From positions 1 through 58,912 of the forward strand of contig SVMP01000001.1 in the NCBI GenBank assembly GCA_015067385.1: a stretch of DNA of 58,912 bases. The letters are read 5' to 3'. Position 1 is the stretch's first letter. Each line of letters begins with the position of its first letter. The DNA comes from Oscillospiraceae bacterium. Lineage in GTDB: Bacteria > Bacillota > Clostridia > Oscillospirales > UBA644. The notes beneath the pieces are model-generated. The model was not told the DNA's origin, made no database searches, and saw nothing but the letters and a program-made list of their open reading frames with translations. Made by a program: the position numbers and the translations under genes. Positions 41,831 to 52,723 of the stretch are shown piece by piece.

Positions 41831-44785
41831 ATGGAACAAAACACCCAGCTTTGGCTTTTTCCCAAGGTAAATGAACCTTCTATGACGATTTATCCCGGTC
41901 AGTCTGTTCCTTTCAGCTTTATTGAATGCTTTGACGGTAAGTTTTCTTACGAGATCTGGCTTCGTTGTAAAACAGAAACAAAAACAAAGCTCGGTCTTTA
42001 CGTAAACGGAAAAACAATCTATGAGCATATGGTGATTGCCCCCACCGATGATGTTTGCTGGACACAGCTCGGCTGCTTCCAGGTAGTTAAGGGTGAACAT
42101 GAGCTTGTTATAAAAAATAATGACAGTATTCCTTTTACGTTTGAGGGCGCTCTTGTAACACGTGACAACGGCTATGCCCGAAACGGAACAGCAGACATTC
42201 ACCGTCTTGAGATCATCAAGGGCAGAAATATCGACGATATTTTTGCTGAAAGCGGTATGAGCTTTTCCGAGGAAGAGCCCGATGATGTCAGAAAAGCACG
42301 TATATCTGCTCTTTATAAGCAGGGCTTTGTTGAACGGTATGATCAGGATGCTGCAGAAAACCGTTGCCGAAACGGTGTTCCTATGGGCGGTGTAGGAGCC
42401 GGAAAGATAGAGCTTGATAAAGACGGTGTTTTTACCGCCATAACTGTCAATAACAATTTTGACGTTCCCATTTTTAAAACAGAGGGCTCGTTCTTTGCCG
42501 TAAAATGCGGGAACAATGCCCGTATCCTTCAGAAAGTAAATTATAACGACTTTTCTTTCCCCACCGTTGAAAATATTGATTTTAACGGATCCTTCCCCGT
42601 CGCAGAGCTTTTTTATTCCGATAGCTCGATCCCTGTTGATATTTCTCTAAAAGCTTATTCTTTTTTGCCCGATAATGATGTTGAAAACTGCGTTGTTCCT
42701 GCGGTTGTTTTTGATTTTAACATTGAAAACAATACAAACAGCGAGCAGGATGTTTCTCTCATGTTTTCATGGGAAAACATTCTCGGCACAGGCGGTTCAA
42801 TGGGCTTTAAGAGCAAGGATGACGGCAATTCCTCATTTGTTATGAATACATGGAATCCGGGATATACCTGGAGTGACAGAACGGGTACGTTCCAGAAAAA
42901 GCATTCCGAAAACTGTATTTCATTCGGTATTAACACCAAATCTCAGAATCTTATGTCCGTCGGTGACTATACTCTTCTTTGCCTTTCCGAAAACAGCAGA
43001 TCAAAGCAGTCCTGGAGAGTCAGAAACGGAAAAGAACTTTGGGACGAATTTCTTGCAGGCGAATTTACCGACAGCGATCATGTAGGTAATGAACAGGATT
43101 TTGATTACACCGCTGCCGCTGTCTGTTCAGATAACGTTCTTTCCGTTGGTGAGAAAAAGACTGTCACATTCATTCTTGCATGGAATATGCCGAATTATTT
43201 TGACTATAACGGCAAAAATATCGGCGTTTATTATTCTAATTTCTTTTCATCGTCAAAACAGATCGCGGAATATACCGCAAAAAATAAAGATAAGCTTTTT
43301 TCTGCCACGGTGCGGATAAAAAACACCCTCGCTGCCTCTTCTCTTCCCGATTGGCTCAAGGGTAAGCTGATTAACGATATGTTCCCGATCGTTACATGCT
43401 CCTGGTTTGATAAGGCGGGCCATTTTTCTATCAACGAAGCTCCCGCAGGTATGATGGGATGTCTCGGCACGATGGATCAACGCCTTGCATGCAACGTTAT
43501 CTACACGAATTTCTTTAAAGATCTTGACCGCAGAGAAATGCGTCTTTTCGCTCTTAACCAGGGCGAAAACGGTTCTATTTCTCACGATGTCGGATTCGGA
43601 GGATTTTCTGAAGAGCCCCGAGGAGGCACGTGGAGCGATCTTTGTTCTTCTTTTATCATTCAGGTATATAAGGATTATACATACAATGGAGATACCGAAT
43701 ATCTGTCCGAGATGTATGAACGCTGCAAAAGGGCGGTCGGTTATCAGCTTTCAACAGACCGTGACAATGACGGGATCCCCGACGTAGGCTCTGGGCTCGG
43801 AACGACGTACGACACATATCACTGGTACGGTGCATCGTCATTTGTCGCTTCTTTGTGGCTTACAGAGCTTCGCTGCTGTGAAAAAATGGCGGAGGATATG
43901 AACGATATAGCGTTTGCCGATGAATGCAGAAAGATGTTTGACCGCGCACAGAAATCGGCTATTGAAAAGCTGTGGTGCGAAAAATATCCTTACGGTAATT
44001 ATTTTATCAGCTATAACGATGTTCCAAACTCGAAAATAAGCGAAAACTGCTTTATTGCTCAGCTCGCAGGTGCATGGGCGGCAAAACTTCTCGGTCTTGG
44101 CGATATCTTCCCCAAGGATATGATCCGTCAGTCGATAAAAACAATGTATGAGCGTAATGTTAAACTGAAAAACATGGTCATTATGAATGATGAAACAACC
44201 CCCGAGGGCGATTTTGACGGTTACGGCTATACATTCGTTCAGTATGACGAGGTATATTTCGGCTGTCTTGCGATCTATTACGGATTTGTTGACGAGGGTA
44301 TCGAGGCATTCCGCAGAGTTTACGATGCAACGGCAGGCTCTCCCTGGAATATTGTACTTACACATTTTGCCGATGGCAACAGAACCGGCCTTCCGTATTA
44401 TATGACAAATCCCGCAAGCTTCTTTATCATTGAGGCTCTTTCCGGATTTGTCCCGAATCTTGTTTCGGGCTCCCTCCGTATTTCACCGAATATCAAAGAA
44501 AGCTCCGTTTCTATGCCTTTGTTCTCTCCGAAGCTTTGGCTTGATATGAATTATTGTGTAAACGGTTCGGAGAAGAAATTTGAGCTTACAACACTCCGTG
44601 CATCCGAAACGGTTTCTTTTAAACAGTTTGTTACGGATTGCGATAAAAAAGTAATATCCGTTAAATTGAACGGCAGCGATGTTTCTTTTGTTCAGGACGG
44701 TACGACCGTAACAGCAGAATGCAGCCTCAAATTTAACGTTGAAAATAAACATACAATTATCGTATCTTACGAAAGCGAGAAATAA
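41831..44785 (+). CDS. GH116 family glycoside hydrolase (GBA2-type beta-glucosidase-like) with extra N-terminal beta-sandwich
   Basis: GVPMGGVGAGKIELDKDGVF..ITVNN is the N-terminal signature of GH116. The C-terminal (alpha/alpha)6-like region includes DTYHWYGASSFVASLWL. No signal peptide. Confidence 0.78.
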   Translation: MEQNTQLWLFPKVNEPSMTIYPGQSVPFSFIECFDGKFSYEIWLRCKTETKTKLGLYVNGKTIYEHMVIAPTDDVCWTQLGCFQVVKGEHELVIKNNDSIPFTFEGALVTRDNGYARNGTADIHRLEIIKGRNIDDIFAESGMSFSEEEPDDVRKARISALYKQGFVERYDQDAAENRCRNGVPMGGVGAGKIELDKDGVFTAITVNNNFDVPIFKTEGSFFAVKCGNNARILQKVNYNDFSFPTVENIDFNGSFPVAELFYSDSSIPVDISLKAYSFLPDNDVENCVVPAVVFDFNIENNTNSEQDVSLMFSWENILGTGGSMGFKSKDDGNSSFVMNTWNPGYTWSDRTGTFQKKHSENCISFGINTKSQNLMSVGDYTLLCLSENSRSKQSWRVRNGKELWDEFLAGEFTDSDHVGNEQDFDYTAAAVCSDNVLSVGEKKTVTFILAWNMPNYFDYNGKNIGVYYSNFFSSSKQIAEYTAKNKDKLFSATVRIKNTLAASSLPDWLKGKLINDMFPIVTCSWFDKAGHFSINEAPAGMMGCLGTMDQRLACNVIYTNFFKDLDRREMRLFALNQGENGSISHDVGFGGFSEEPRGGTWSDLCSSFIIQVYKDYTYNGDTEYLSEMYERCKRAVGYQLSTDRDNDGIPDVGSGLGTTYDTYHWYGASSFVASLWLTELRCCEKMAEDMNDIAFADECRKMFDRAQKSAIEKLWCEKYPYGNYFISYNDVPNSKISENCFIAQLAGAWAAKLLGLGDIFPKDMIRQSIKTMYERNVKLKNMVIMNDETTPEGDFDGYGYTFVQYDEVYFGCLAIYYGFVDEGIEAFRRVYDATAGSPWNIVLTHFADGNRTGLPYYMTNPASFFIIEALSGFVPNLVSGSLRISPNIKESSVSMPLFSPKLWLDMNYCVNGSEKKFELTTLRASETVSFKQFVTDCDKKVISVKLNGSDVSFVQDGTTVTAECSLKFNVENKHTIIVSYESEK

Positions 44786-44788
44786 ATT

Positions 44789-46984
44789 ATGAAAAAAAAT
44801 CAGTTATGGTACACCCATCCTTCAGATAGATGGGACAGATTTCTTCCGATAGGCAACGGACGTCTCGGCGCTATGTTTTCGGGTGCCGTAGGCGGCGAGA
44901 CCGTACAGATGAACGAAGATTCTATCTGGTACGGCGCTCCTGTTGACAGAAATAATCCGGATGCTCTTAAACGTATTCCCGATATCCGTCAGTATATCCT
45001 TGAAGGCAAGATACATGAAGCCGAAAAGCTTATGGTTCATGCTCTTTGCGGAACACCCGAGGGTCAGAGCGTTTATCAGCACGGGGCAAATCTGAACGTT
45101 ATCTCTTTCAGCAAACGCGGCGATTTTTCCGGTAATATCGGTAAAATAACGGATTACGTTCATTTCCTTGACCTTGATACCGCAACCGCTGTCCTTTCAT
45201 ATAAAAACAACGGCGTTCCTTTCACACGTACGGCATTCAGTTCTGCGCCCGCGCAGGTTACCGTTATAAAATATGAATCCGCAGATCCCGATCTTTATAT
45301 GACATTCGGGCTTAAACGTGATAAATATCTTGACCGTTCTTACAGGATCGGCAATGATATTTCCGTGATCGAGGGAACGCTCTGCGAAGGCGGCGTCAGA
45401 TTCGTGTGGATGGTAAAGATACTCTCTGACGGTGATATCGAAGGCATCGGGGAACGTGTTTCGGTAACCGACGCAAAAACGATTACCGCCCTTGTTGCAT
45501 GTCATACAACATTCAGATGCGAAGATCCCGTCAAGGCTTGTCTCGAAACTCTCGATGCCGCTGAAAAGACAGGTTATGACAAGCTTTATAAAGAACATGT
45601 CGAAGATTATAAAAAATATTTCGACCGCGTAAAGCTTACTCTTTGCGATTGCGAAGATAACGATATCCCCACCGATGAACGTCTTCACAATGTTCAGAAC
45701 GGCGGCGAAGACAATGTTCTTGTCGAACAGTATTTCAACTTCGGTCGTTACCTCATGATCTCAGGCAGCCGTGAGGGTACGCTTCCTCTTAATCTTCAGG
45801 GCATTTGGTGTAAGGATTATGAATCCGCATGGGACAGTAAATATACAATAAATATCAATACCGAAATGAATTACTGGCCCGCAGAGACCTGCAATCTTTC
45901 CGAGCTTCACACCCCGCTTTTCGAACATATCATGAGAATGGTCCCCAACGGACAGAAGACCGCAAAGGTAATGTACGGCTGTAACGGCTTTGTTTGTCAT
46001 CACAATACCGATATCTGGGCTGACACGGCACCGCAGGATACCACCGCAGGCGCTTCTCAGTGGATAATGGGCGGCGCATGGCTCTCGCTTCATGTCTGGG
46101 AACATTTCCTTTTTACAAGAGACATTGAATTTATCAAAAAATACGGTTATGCGTTATTCGAATCGGCTCGCTTTTTCTGCGAATACCTTATCGATGACGG
46201 AAACGGAAATCTTGTAACGTGTCCCGGTTCTTCTCCCGAAAACGCTTATCAGATGGCTGACGGTACATGGGGCGCTGCCTGCAAGTACTCTGCGATGGAT
46301 ATAGAGATAATTTACGATGTTTTCAACGCATGTCTCGAGATCAACAAGATCACCGGCGCAGAACCCGAACTTACCGAAATTATAAGGGAAAAGCTTCCCA
46401 AAGTCCCCCGTCCGCAGATCGGCTCGAAAGGTCAGCTTCTCGAATGGGACATGGAATACGGAGAGGTAGACCCCGGACACAGACATGTTTCTCATCTCTA
46501 CGGACTTTATCCTTCTGCTCAGATAAACACCGATACCCCCGAACTGTTCAATGCCGTAAGAAAATCGCTCGAACTTCGTCTTTCCCACGGCGGCGGTCAT
46601 ACGGGTTGGTCTGCTGCCTGGATAATCTGCCTTTGGGCTCGTTTGCGTGATAAAGCGCAGGCTCATAACGCTCTTCAGCTCATTTTGAAAAACGCCACAA
46701 GCGAAAATCTTTTCGATATGCATCCTCCGTTCCAGATCGACGGTAACTTCGGCGCAACGGCAGGTATTGCGGAAATGCTTCTTCAGAGCCATAACGGTAA
46801 GATAGAGCTTCTCCCCGTTCTTCCCGAATCATGGAAAAACGGCTCAGTAAAGGGTCTCCGTGCAAGAGGCGGCTATACCGTTGACATCTCATGGAAAGAC
46901 GGCAAGCTTGACACCTATACCGTTACCGCAGACGAAAATGCGATCCCGATGGATGTTTACTGCAACGGAACAAAGCTCGGTTAA
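44789..46984 (+). CDS. GH95 family alpha-L-fucosidase
   Basis: [44 protein letters not shown] is the GH95 N-terminal domain signature. Later blocks [12 protein letters not shown] and FQIDGNFG also match. Confidence 0.88.
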   Translation: MKKNQLWYTHPSDRWDRFLPIGNGRLGAMFSGAVGGETVQMNEDSIWYGAPVDRNNPDALKRIPDIRQYILEGKIHEAEKLMVHALCGTPEGQSVYQHGANLNVISFSKRGDFSGNIGKITDYVHFLDLDTATAVLSYKNNGVPFTRTAFSSAPAQVTVIKYESADPDLYMTFGLKRDKYLDRSYRIGNDISVIEGTLCEGGVRFVWMVKILSDGDIEGIGERVSVTDAKTITALVACHTTFRCEDPVKACLETLDAAEKTGYDKLYKEHVEDYKKYFDRVKLTLCDCEDNDIPTDERLHNVQNGGEDNVLVEQYFNFGRYLMISGSREGTLPLNLQGIWCKDYESAWDSKYTININTEMNYWPAETCNLSELHTPLFEHIMRMVPNGQKTAKVMYGCNGFVCHHNTDIWADTAPQDTTAGASQWIMGGAWLSLHVWEHFLFTRDIEFIKKYGYALFESARFFCEYLIDDGNGNLVTCPGSSPENAYQMADGTWGAACKYSAMDIEIIYDVFNACLEINKITGAEPELTEIIREKLPKVPRPQIGSKGQLLEWDMEYGEVDPGHRHVSHLYGLYPSAQINTDTPELFNAVRKSLELRLSHGGGHTGWSAAWIICLWARLRDKAQAHNALQLILKNATSENLFDMHPPFQIDGNFGATAGIAEMLLQSHNGKIELLPVLPESWKNGSVKGLRARGGYTVDISWKDGKLDTYTVTADENAIPMDVYCNGTKLG

Positions 46985-46999
46985 GAAAGGAAGAATAAA

Positions 47000-47896
47000 A
47001 TGGTCAAATTCGGTATTTCAATTTACGGAATCTCAAGAAAGATCGTCTCCGGCGAAATGACCGCCATAGAGGCTTTTGACAGGATATGTCAGATGGGTGC
47101 AGAGGTCGTTGAACTTGTTCCTTTCGGTTTTAATCCCGTGGAACAGCCCGAACTTATACCTCAGCTTCTCGCAGCGTCCGAAAAGAACGGTGTTCCCATC
47201 GGAAACTATTCTCTTAACGCTAATTTTACAATGCTTACCGATGACGAATATTCCGCCGAGATGGTTCGTGTTAAAAAACATATCGATGCCGCTCATTCGC
47301 TCGGAATTCCTACAATAAGAGTTGACTCCGTTGCTTTCCGCCGTCCCAAAAGCGAAAACACAATGGAAAATTTCCAGAAAGAGATCCCTCTTATTATTTC
47401 AACATACGAACAGCTTTGCGATTATGCCGCTGAAAAAAATATGACCATTCTTCTCGAAAACCACGGCTTTCATGCAAACGGTTCGGAGCGTGTAAGACAG
47501 ATATTAACATCTGTTAAACGTGATAACTTCGGTCATCAGCTTGACGTCGGCAATTATACCTGCGTTGACGATATCCCCGAAATAGCCGTAAAGAAAATGA
47601 TAGGCTTTGCAAAAACTATCCATATGAAAGATTTCTATCTCCGTCCCGCCCACCGTAATCCCGGCGATTCAGCCGAGTTTGACTGCGAAAATTCCTGGTT
47701 TACGTCCGTAAACGGAACATATCTTCGCGGCTCTATTCTCGCTCAGGGCGATATTGATATGTGGGATGTTATGAGAACGATCAAAAACAGTTCTTTTGAC
47801 GGCAATATATTCCTTGAATACGAGGGCATGGAAGAATGCGATTACGGTACCCGTGTAAGCTTCAGCAACATGAAACGTATCTGGGGCGAGGTCTGA
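47000..47896 (+). CDS. sugar phosphate isomerase/epimerase (xylose-isomerase-like TIM barrel)
   Basis: 298 aa. LENHG, HMKD and EYEG blocks are typical of the AP_endonuc_2/TIM-barrel family. Confidence 0.78.
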   Translation: MVKFGISIYGISRKIVSGEMTAIEAFDRICQMGAEVVELVPFGFNPVEQPELIPQLLAASEKNGVPIGNYSLNANFTMLTDDEYSAEMVRVKKHIDAAHSLGIPTIRVDSVAFRRPKSENTMENFQKEIPLIISTYEQLCDYAAEKNMTILLENHGFHANGSERVRQILTSVKRDNFGHQLDVGNYTCVDDIPEIAVKKMIGFAKTIHMKDFYLRPAHRNPGDSAEFDCENSWFTSVNGTYLRGSILAQGDIDMWDVMRTIKNSSFDGNIFLEYEGMEECDYGTRVSFSNMKRIWGEV

Positions 47897-48055
47897 CGTG
47901 ATCTGCGTATAATAAATGAAAACACTTGCGATACTTTCGCAGGTGTTTTCTGTTGTAAACCAAGAAGTTATTACAAAAAAGCCATTGAATTTTATTTTTA
48001 ATGAAAACAATATAGTGTATAATACCGTGGTACAAATATGGAGGTATTTATTAAA

Positions 48056-49129
48056 ATGTTAAAAACAAAAATTACCGCGGCTGTTCTCTGCATCGTTTTC
48101 GTTCTTTCCGCTTTTGTCGGATGTTCGGGCGAAACAAAAGACAGCTACAACTATGACCTTACCAATTATTCCTACAGCAAGGGTCTTGATGCAAACGGCT
48201 TTTTCGAAGGCATAAAAGCATCCGATCACGTTACACTTCCCGAATATAAGGGTATTGCTCTTCCCGCAGAAGTTCTTGTTGCAGATGAAGCAGAAGTTAA
48301 AGCTCAGCTTGACGAGATAACTGCTCAGTACGACACATATGCTCAGATAACCGATAAGGCTATTGCCAACGGCGACACCGTAAATATCGACTATGTAGGC
48401 TCTGTTGACGGCGTGGAATTCGAAGGCGGTTCAACAGGCGGCATGGGTACAGATGTTACTATCGGTGTTACAAACTATATCGACGATTTCCTTGAACAGC
48501 TCATCGGTCATATGCCCGGCGAAAATTTCGATATCGAAGTTACATTCCCCGCAGATTACGGTAAGGAGCATCTTAACGGTAAAGATGCTATTTTCAACAT
48601 CACCGTAAACTATATTCAGGGCGAACTCATTAAAGCCGAACTTAATGATGAAATTGCATCCGAATACGGCTTTGCAACTGTTGCGGAGCTCTCTGCGGAT
48701 ATTGAAAAATGGATTATCGAACAGCAGAAGTCCGATTTCTTTACAGAACTTATGTATCAGAGCGAGCTTAAGGGCAAGATGCCTCAGGCTGTCCTCGACT
48801 ATGTGATCTGTGCGGATCTTATCAATTACAAAGGCTATGCGGATATGTTCGGTATGACACTCGAAGAATTCATCATCGGCTATGTCGGCAGCGAATCACT
48901 CGACGCTTATATCTCATCGAATATGGATTATTATGAGCTGAGCGCAATATACTGCCTTGCAACTCAGGCGCTTGCCGAAACTGAAGGCATTTCTGTCAGC
49001 GATATGGCTGTTTCCGATGCAGGTCTTTCCGATTACGTTGAAAGCTACGGTATGCCGTATCTTAAACAGTACGTTCTTCAGACTGTTACAGGTCCTGCGT
49101 TTGTTATAGATAATTCCGTCTCTGAATAA
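48056..49129 (+). CDS. lipoprotein with trigger-factor-like FKBP-type peptidyl-prolyl isomerase domain
   Basis: Lipobox LSAFVGCSG. The FKBP block is GDTVNIDYVGSVDGVEFEGGS......TIG....I.DF..QLIGH.PGE.....VTFP.DY. Confidence 0.75.
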   Translation: MLKTKITAAVLCIVFVLSAFVGCSGETKDSYNYDLTNYSYSKGLDANGFFEGIKASDHVTLPEYKGIALPAEVLVADEAEVKAQLDEITAQYDTYAQITDKAIANGDTVNIDYVGSVDGVEFEGGSTGGMGTDVTIGVTNYIDDFLEQLIGHMPGENFDIEVTFPADYGKEHLNGKDAIFNITVNYIQGELIKAELNDEIASEYGFATVAELSADIEKWIIEQQKSDFFTELMYQSELKGKMPQAVLDYVICADLINYKGYADMFGMTLEEFIIGYVGSESLDAYISSNMDYYELSAIYCLATQALAETEGISVSDMAVSDAGLSDYVESYGMPYLKQYVLQTVTGPAFVIDNSVSE

Positions 49130-49144
49130 AAACATATATAATTA

Positions 49145-49177
49145 AAGTGGATAGGCATTACGCTTATCCACTTTTTT
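49145..49177. terminator. bidirectional rho-independent terminator
   Basis: Stem GTGGATAGGC / GCTTATCCAC (one G-T pair) followed by TTTTTT. Lies between convergent genes. Confidence 0.65.
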
Positions 49178-50791
49178 CTATTTGATTTTAACATTTGCGC
49201 AGTGTACCGTCTCAAATTTCGGTTCTGAATCGCTTACGATCTCGTTTTCTTCAAAAGCAAGTCCGTCGGTCGATCTTGCGAAAAGGACACGGTTGTCGGA
49301 AAGAATAAATTTATTGTTTTTTATGCGGATATTTTCGTGAACATATCTTCCGTCTTCAAACTCATTTGTTTCCGGTGCGATATTGATAACGGGGCCGCAA
49401 CACTCTTCGAAAATGTTTCCTTCAATAAGAACATCGTTGACTTTTCCCGATTCGTACCAGGATCTCGTATCAAAAGCTATCAGAATTGCAGACATGCTCG
49501 TGCGTATAAATCTGTTGTTTTTAACAACGGTCTTGCCGCCGCTTGAAATCAGTATGCCTCTCGTCGGATCTCTTGTTATAGTGTTGTTTTCGAAAAGAAC
49601 TTCGGGCTGCCATGTTAAATTATCGATCGCCGTCTTTTCCTTTACGCCGCAGGGGAGGGGCTCTTCGGTCGTCAACATCATTTCTCTTTCCGAGATCATC
49701 AGCGCTTCTGCGATTCTGCCGTATCCGATCGGCAAAAGTGTTCTCTCATCTATGAATACGATCTCGTCACCCTCGTAAAATGCGTTGAAACCGTATGTCT
49801 GAGGATGGCTGAATCTGACCTTTACCTTGTTCTTGTCTATAATTTCCGTTATGGGAAGATCTGTACCGTGAACATTCATTATATCGTCGTGTGTGCCGTC
49901 AAAACAACTGTTTTTGACGGTTATTTTACCCTTGCACCCGGAAATATGTATGCTGTCGGCAAAGCATGAACACGTTCTGTTCTTCTCTTTGTTTGGAACG
50001 GTGTTGAATCGGTCAAGCGTGATATTTTCAGTATATTGTCCTACAAATCCGAGACCGTGCATGTAGTGAGCTGTAACGTTCTCGAAAACAATATTTTTGG
50101 AGTTGACCGCAAAAAAGCCTACTTCATCGCGGATGCCGTCACGTACCTGAAAAATATCTCCGACCGATGCGTCTTTGTGGTTGCAGTCGTAAAATCTGAT
50201 AACATTCCCACCGAGATCTTCAGCCTTTGAATATCTTATCTCGTCAACTCTTCTTGTTGTAGCTCTGTCTTTAGGCACGATCTGTGTGGGACCGGACGTG
50301 TACTCGAACTGTCTGCCTGTCCAGATCACCCTGCCGTTTTTTATTTCGTAGGAACAGTCCTCGTTGATCTTAAAATCGGAAAATCCTTCGGTTTTGTTTT
50401 TTAGTTCAAGCTCCGTCATCGTCGGCCTTGACCAGTCTGTTACAAGGTTTTTAACGGTTATGTTTTCTGCATTGTCGAAAACGATCTGCGTAAATTTTCC
50501 ATGAAAAATAAACGTCGAACCGCCGCAGTCGAGCGTAATATTCTTCGCATTGTCAAACAGCAAGCCGATATGCTTTGTCTTGTCCGGACACTCGGTTTCG
50601 CTCGATGTGTTTGAAATATAATAGGTCTTTGTTGTGGCATTTTCAGTGTAAAAATTGTAAATGCCCTTTTCAAGAGTCAACAGTATATCTTCGTTTTTAT
50701 TTTTACATTCATCAATTGCCTTCTGAAATGCATATCCGGCTTCTTTGTCTGAGTTCGGATGTATGCCGAAGCTGTTTATGTTTATTTCCAT
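49178..50791 (-). CDS. right-handed parallel beta-helix repeat protein, possibly GH110-like glycosidase
   Basis: 537 aa. The N-terminus ...FG.HPNSD.EAGYAFQKAIDECK.......L..EKG.Y.F resembles pectate-lyase-fold glycosidases. Repeated N..I.N/V motifs occur throughout. No signal peptide. Confidence 0.55.
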   Translation of the reverse strand: MEININSFGIHPNSDKEAGYAFQKAIDECKNKNEDILLTLEKGIYNFYTENATTKTYYISNTSSETECPDKTKHIGLLFDNAKNITLDCGGSTFIFHGKFTQIVFDNAENITVKNLVTDWSRPTMTELELKNKTEGFSDFKINEDCSYEIKNGRVIWTGRQFEYTSGPTQIVPKDRATTRRVDEIRYSKAEDLGGNVIRFYDCNHKDASVGDIFQVRDGIRDEVGFFAVNSKNIVFENVTAHYMHGLGFVGQYTENITLDRFNTVPNKEKNRTCSCFADSIHISGCKGKITVKNSCFDGTHDDIMNVHGTDLPITEIIDKNKVKVRFSHPQTYGFNAFYEGDEIVFIDERTLLPIGYGRIAEALMISEREMMLTTEEPLPCGVKEKTAIDNLTWQPEVLFENNTITRDPTRGILISSGGKTVVKNNRFIRTSMSAILIAFDTRSWYESGKVNDVLIEGNIFEECCGPVINIAPETNEFEDGRYVHENIRIKNNKFILSDNRVLFARSTDGLAFEENEIVSDSEPKFETVHCANVKIK

Positions 50792-50837
50792 GTTACCTTA
50801 TTCCTTGCATTTTTTTCTATTATACCATATTTTTTCC

Positions 50838-50872
50838 AAAAAAACAAGAGCCCGGATAATCCGAGCTCTTAT
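50838..50872 (-). terminator. rho-independent terminator after the Big_2 surface protein gene
   Basis: Stem AAGAGCCCGG / CCGAGCTCTT (one mismatch). The A-run 50838-50844 gives a U-tract on the minus strand. Confidence 0.55.
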
Positions 50873-50887
50873 AGATGTTAAAATAAA

Positions 50888-52576
50888 TTATTCAACAACG
50901 TTGATAAGGATTGCTTTTGTTGCGGTCTGACCGTCAGAGTTAACACCGGTAAAGAGGGCAACGGATGTGCCTGCTTTTTTAGCGGTAAGAACGATGAGGG
51001 AAGAACCTGTTCCGGTGAACATTTCAGAGTCGAAGGACCAGAAACCGTTAACGTTGGGAACGAGGTATGCTTTCTGACCGACTTTAAGTCTGATAGAGTT
51101 GTTGGTAACACCGTTGATTGTGATATCGTCAGAAGTGAAAGCTTCTTTGTCTTCAACCTCTTCTTCTTCTACGGGAGTGGAGAAGTCAGGAAGTTTGTCA
51201 GCAGCGGTTACTGTGTATACTTCAGATTCAACGGTATTGTAGTAGTAATCACTTGAGAGGATTACTTTGTACTGGTCGCCTACATTGGGTTCAACTTCAA
51301 GAGTCTTGGAGTCGGAACCGACTGTCTTCCATGTACCGTTAACATTCATCTTCCAGGTGTAGGAAACGCGGAAGAAATCATTTGTTTCGGGAGCAGTAAG
51401 AGTGAGAACTCTTTCTTTGGTGTTGGAAGTGATTTCGAGGTCTTTTGCAATTGTACCGAAGAAGTACTTGTATGCGAGATAGTTTTCGTTAACATTGAAA
51501 GAAGGAATAGAACCGTTGTTTATGTTGAAAAGATAGTAAAGAAGGTTCTTGTCGATATCGAATTCTTTATTGTTGAAAAGATACCAGTAGAGATTGCTTT
51601 CGGATACATCAACTTTGCCGGAGAGAAGAGCAAGGAGCATCTGAACATCAGCGGCTGTCATATCTTCGTTTTTGAGAAGATAGTTGTAAATGAAGTACCA
51701 GTTATTGTCGATAGACGGAGCAGTTGTTGTGGAACCTGTGCCGGGAAGGGTTGTATTGCCGTTGTTAAGGAAATACCAGAGAACCCAGTTGTCTTTAAGG
51801 TCATCAAAGTTGCCGTTTGTCTGAAGCATCTTGATGTAGTAGTAAAGCTGAGGATTGTCTTTATAGATGTCAAAAAGACCACCGAGGTATCCGCCGTTCC
51901 AGATGCTTCCGCCTACAGGGTTGGAAACGTTTTCAGAGGTAGCGGAACCGTCTTCGTTGAATTTAACGGTGTTGACAGCTACGTTGCCTGCGGTGTCGGT
52001 TACAGTGATGATGTAAGAGCCTGCAGCAGGTACTTCGTAGTTTGTAACGTAGGATTTTTTGTTTGAGAAATCGTCTCTGTCAGCAATTGTTTTGCCGTTA
52101 ACAGCGATCTTATCAAGACCGATGTTGTCGGTTGCGATGATGCTGATGATGCCGATTTTGAAAGCGGAGCCGGTGGTGATGCCGGATGCTTTAACTGCGG
52201 GGGTGGTGGGGTCTACTTTGAGCTTGATTGTTTCTTCAAAAGTAGCAGAGGTTGCCTGATCCATGTCGTAAACATAGAACTTGAGGTTAGTGTCGGTAAG
52301 ACCGAGGGTGTAGGTTCCTTTGTAAGTGAAAGAACCGTCTTCATTCTCTTTGAAATCAGAGATCTTGAGGGTTTTTGTTCCGACTTTGATAGTAGAAGCA
52401 TCGCCGTCAGCAAGGGTAAGTTCATACTTGATGGTAGCGCCTGCAACATAATATCCGTCAGCTGTTTCATTTGTTATTACAATTTCGGGAACTTTGTGGC
52501 CTGCTGCAAAAGCGGGAACTGCCAAAGCTACAACCATTACAATCGTAAGAACAAAAGAAAGGATTTTCTTTGTCAT
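50888..52576 (-). CDS. secreted protein with Ig-like domains, aromatic repeat region and C-terminal Big_2 domain
   Basis: Signal peptide MTKKILSFVLTIVMVVALAVPAFA. The C-terminus ITINGV...I.L.VGQKA.L.......W.S.........G...VLTAKKAGT is Big_2-like. Codon usage looks strongly biased. Confidence 0.7.
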   Translation of the reverse strand: MTKKILSFVLTIVMVVALAVPAFAAGHKVPEIVITNETADGYYVAGATIKYELTLADGDASTIKVGTKTLKISDFKENEDGSFTYKGTYTLGLTDTNLKFYVYDMDQATSATFEETIKLKVDPTTPAVKASGITTGSAFKIGIISIIATDNIGLDKIAVNGKTIADRDDFSNKKSYVTNYEVPAAGSYIITVTDTAGNVAVNTVKFNEDGSATSENVSNPVGGSIWNGGYLGGLFDIYKDNPQLYYYIKMLQTNGNFDDLKDNWVLWYFLNNGNTTLPGTGSTTTAPSIDNNWYFIYNYLLKNEDMTAADVQMLLALLSGKVDVSESNLYWYLFNNKEFDIDKNLLYYLFNINNGSIPSFNVNENYLAYKYFFGTIAKDLEITSNTKERVLTLTAPETNDFFRVSYTWKMNVNGTWKTVGSDSKTLEVEPNVGDQYKVILSSDYYYNTVESEVYTVTAADKLPDFSTPVEEEEVEDKEAFTSDDITINGVTNNSIRLKVGQKAYLVPNVNGFWSFDSEMFTGTGSSLIVLTAKKAGTSVALFTGVNSDGQTATKAILINVVE

Positions 52577-52723
52577 GTTTTACACTCCTTGTTTGTATTT
52601 TTTGGGTTTGGTAATGCCTGTATAACATACCATTTTAAGTATATCGTATAATTTCAACAAAACTGTGACTTTTTTACTGTTTTTGCAAATAATGTTGTTT
52701 GGTCACGTTGTTTGTCGAAAAAA

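Noticed and set aside
46154-46792. 212-aa minus-strand ORF
   Set aside because: It is antisense to the GH95 fucosidase gene and has an Arg/Ser-rich shadow-frame composition.
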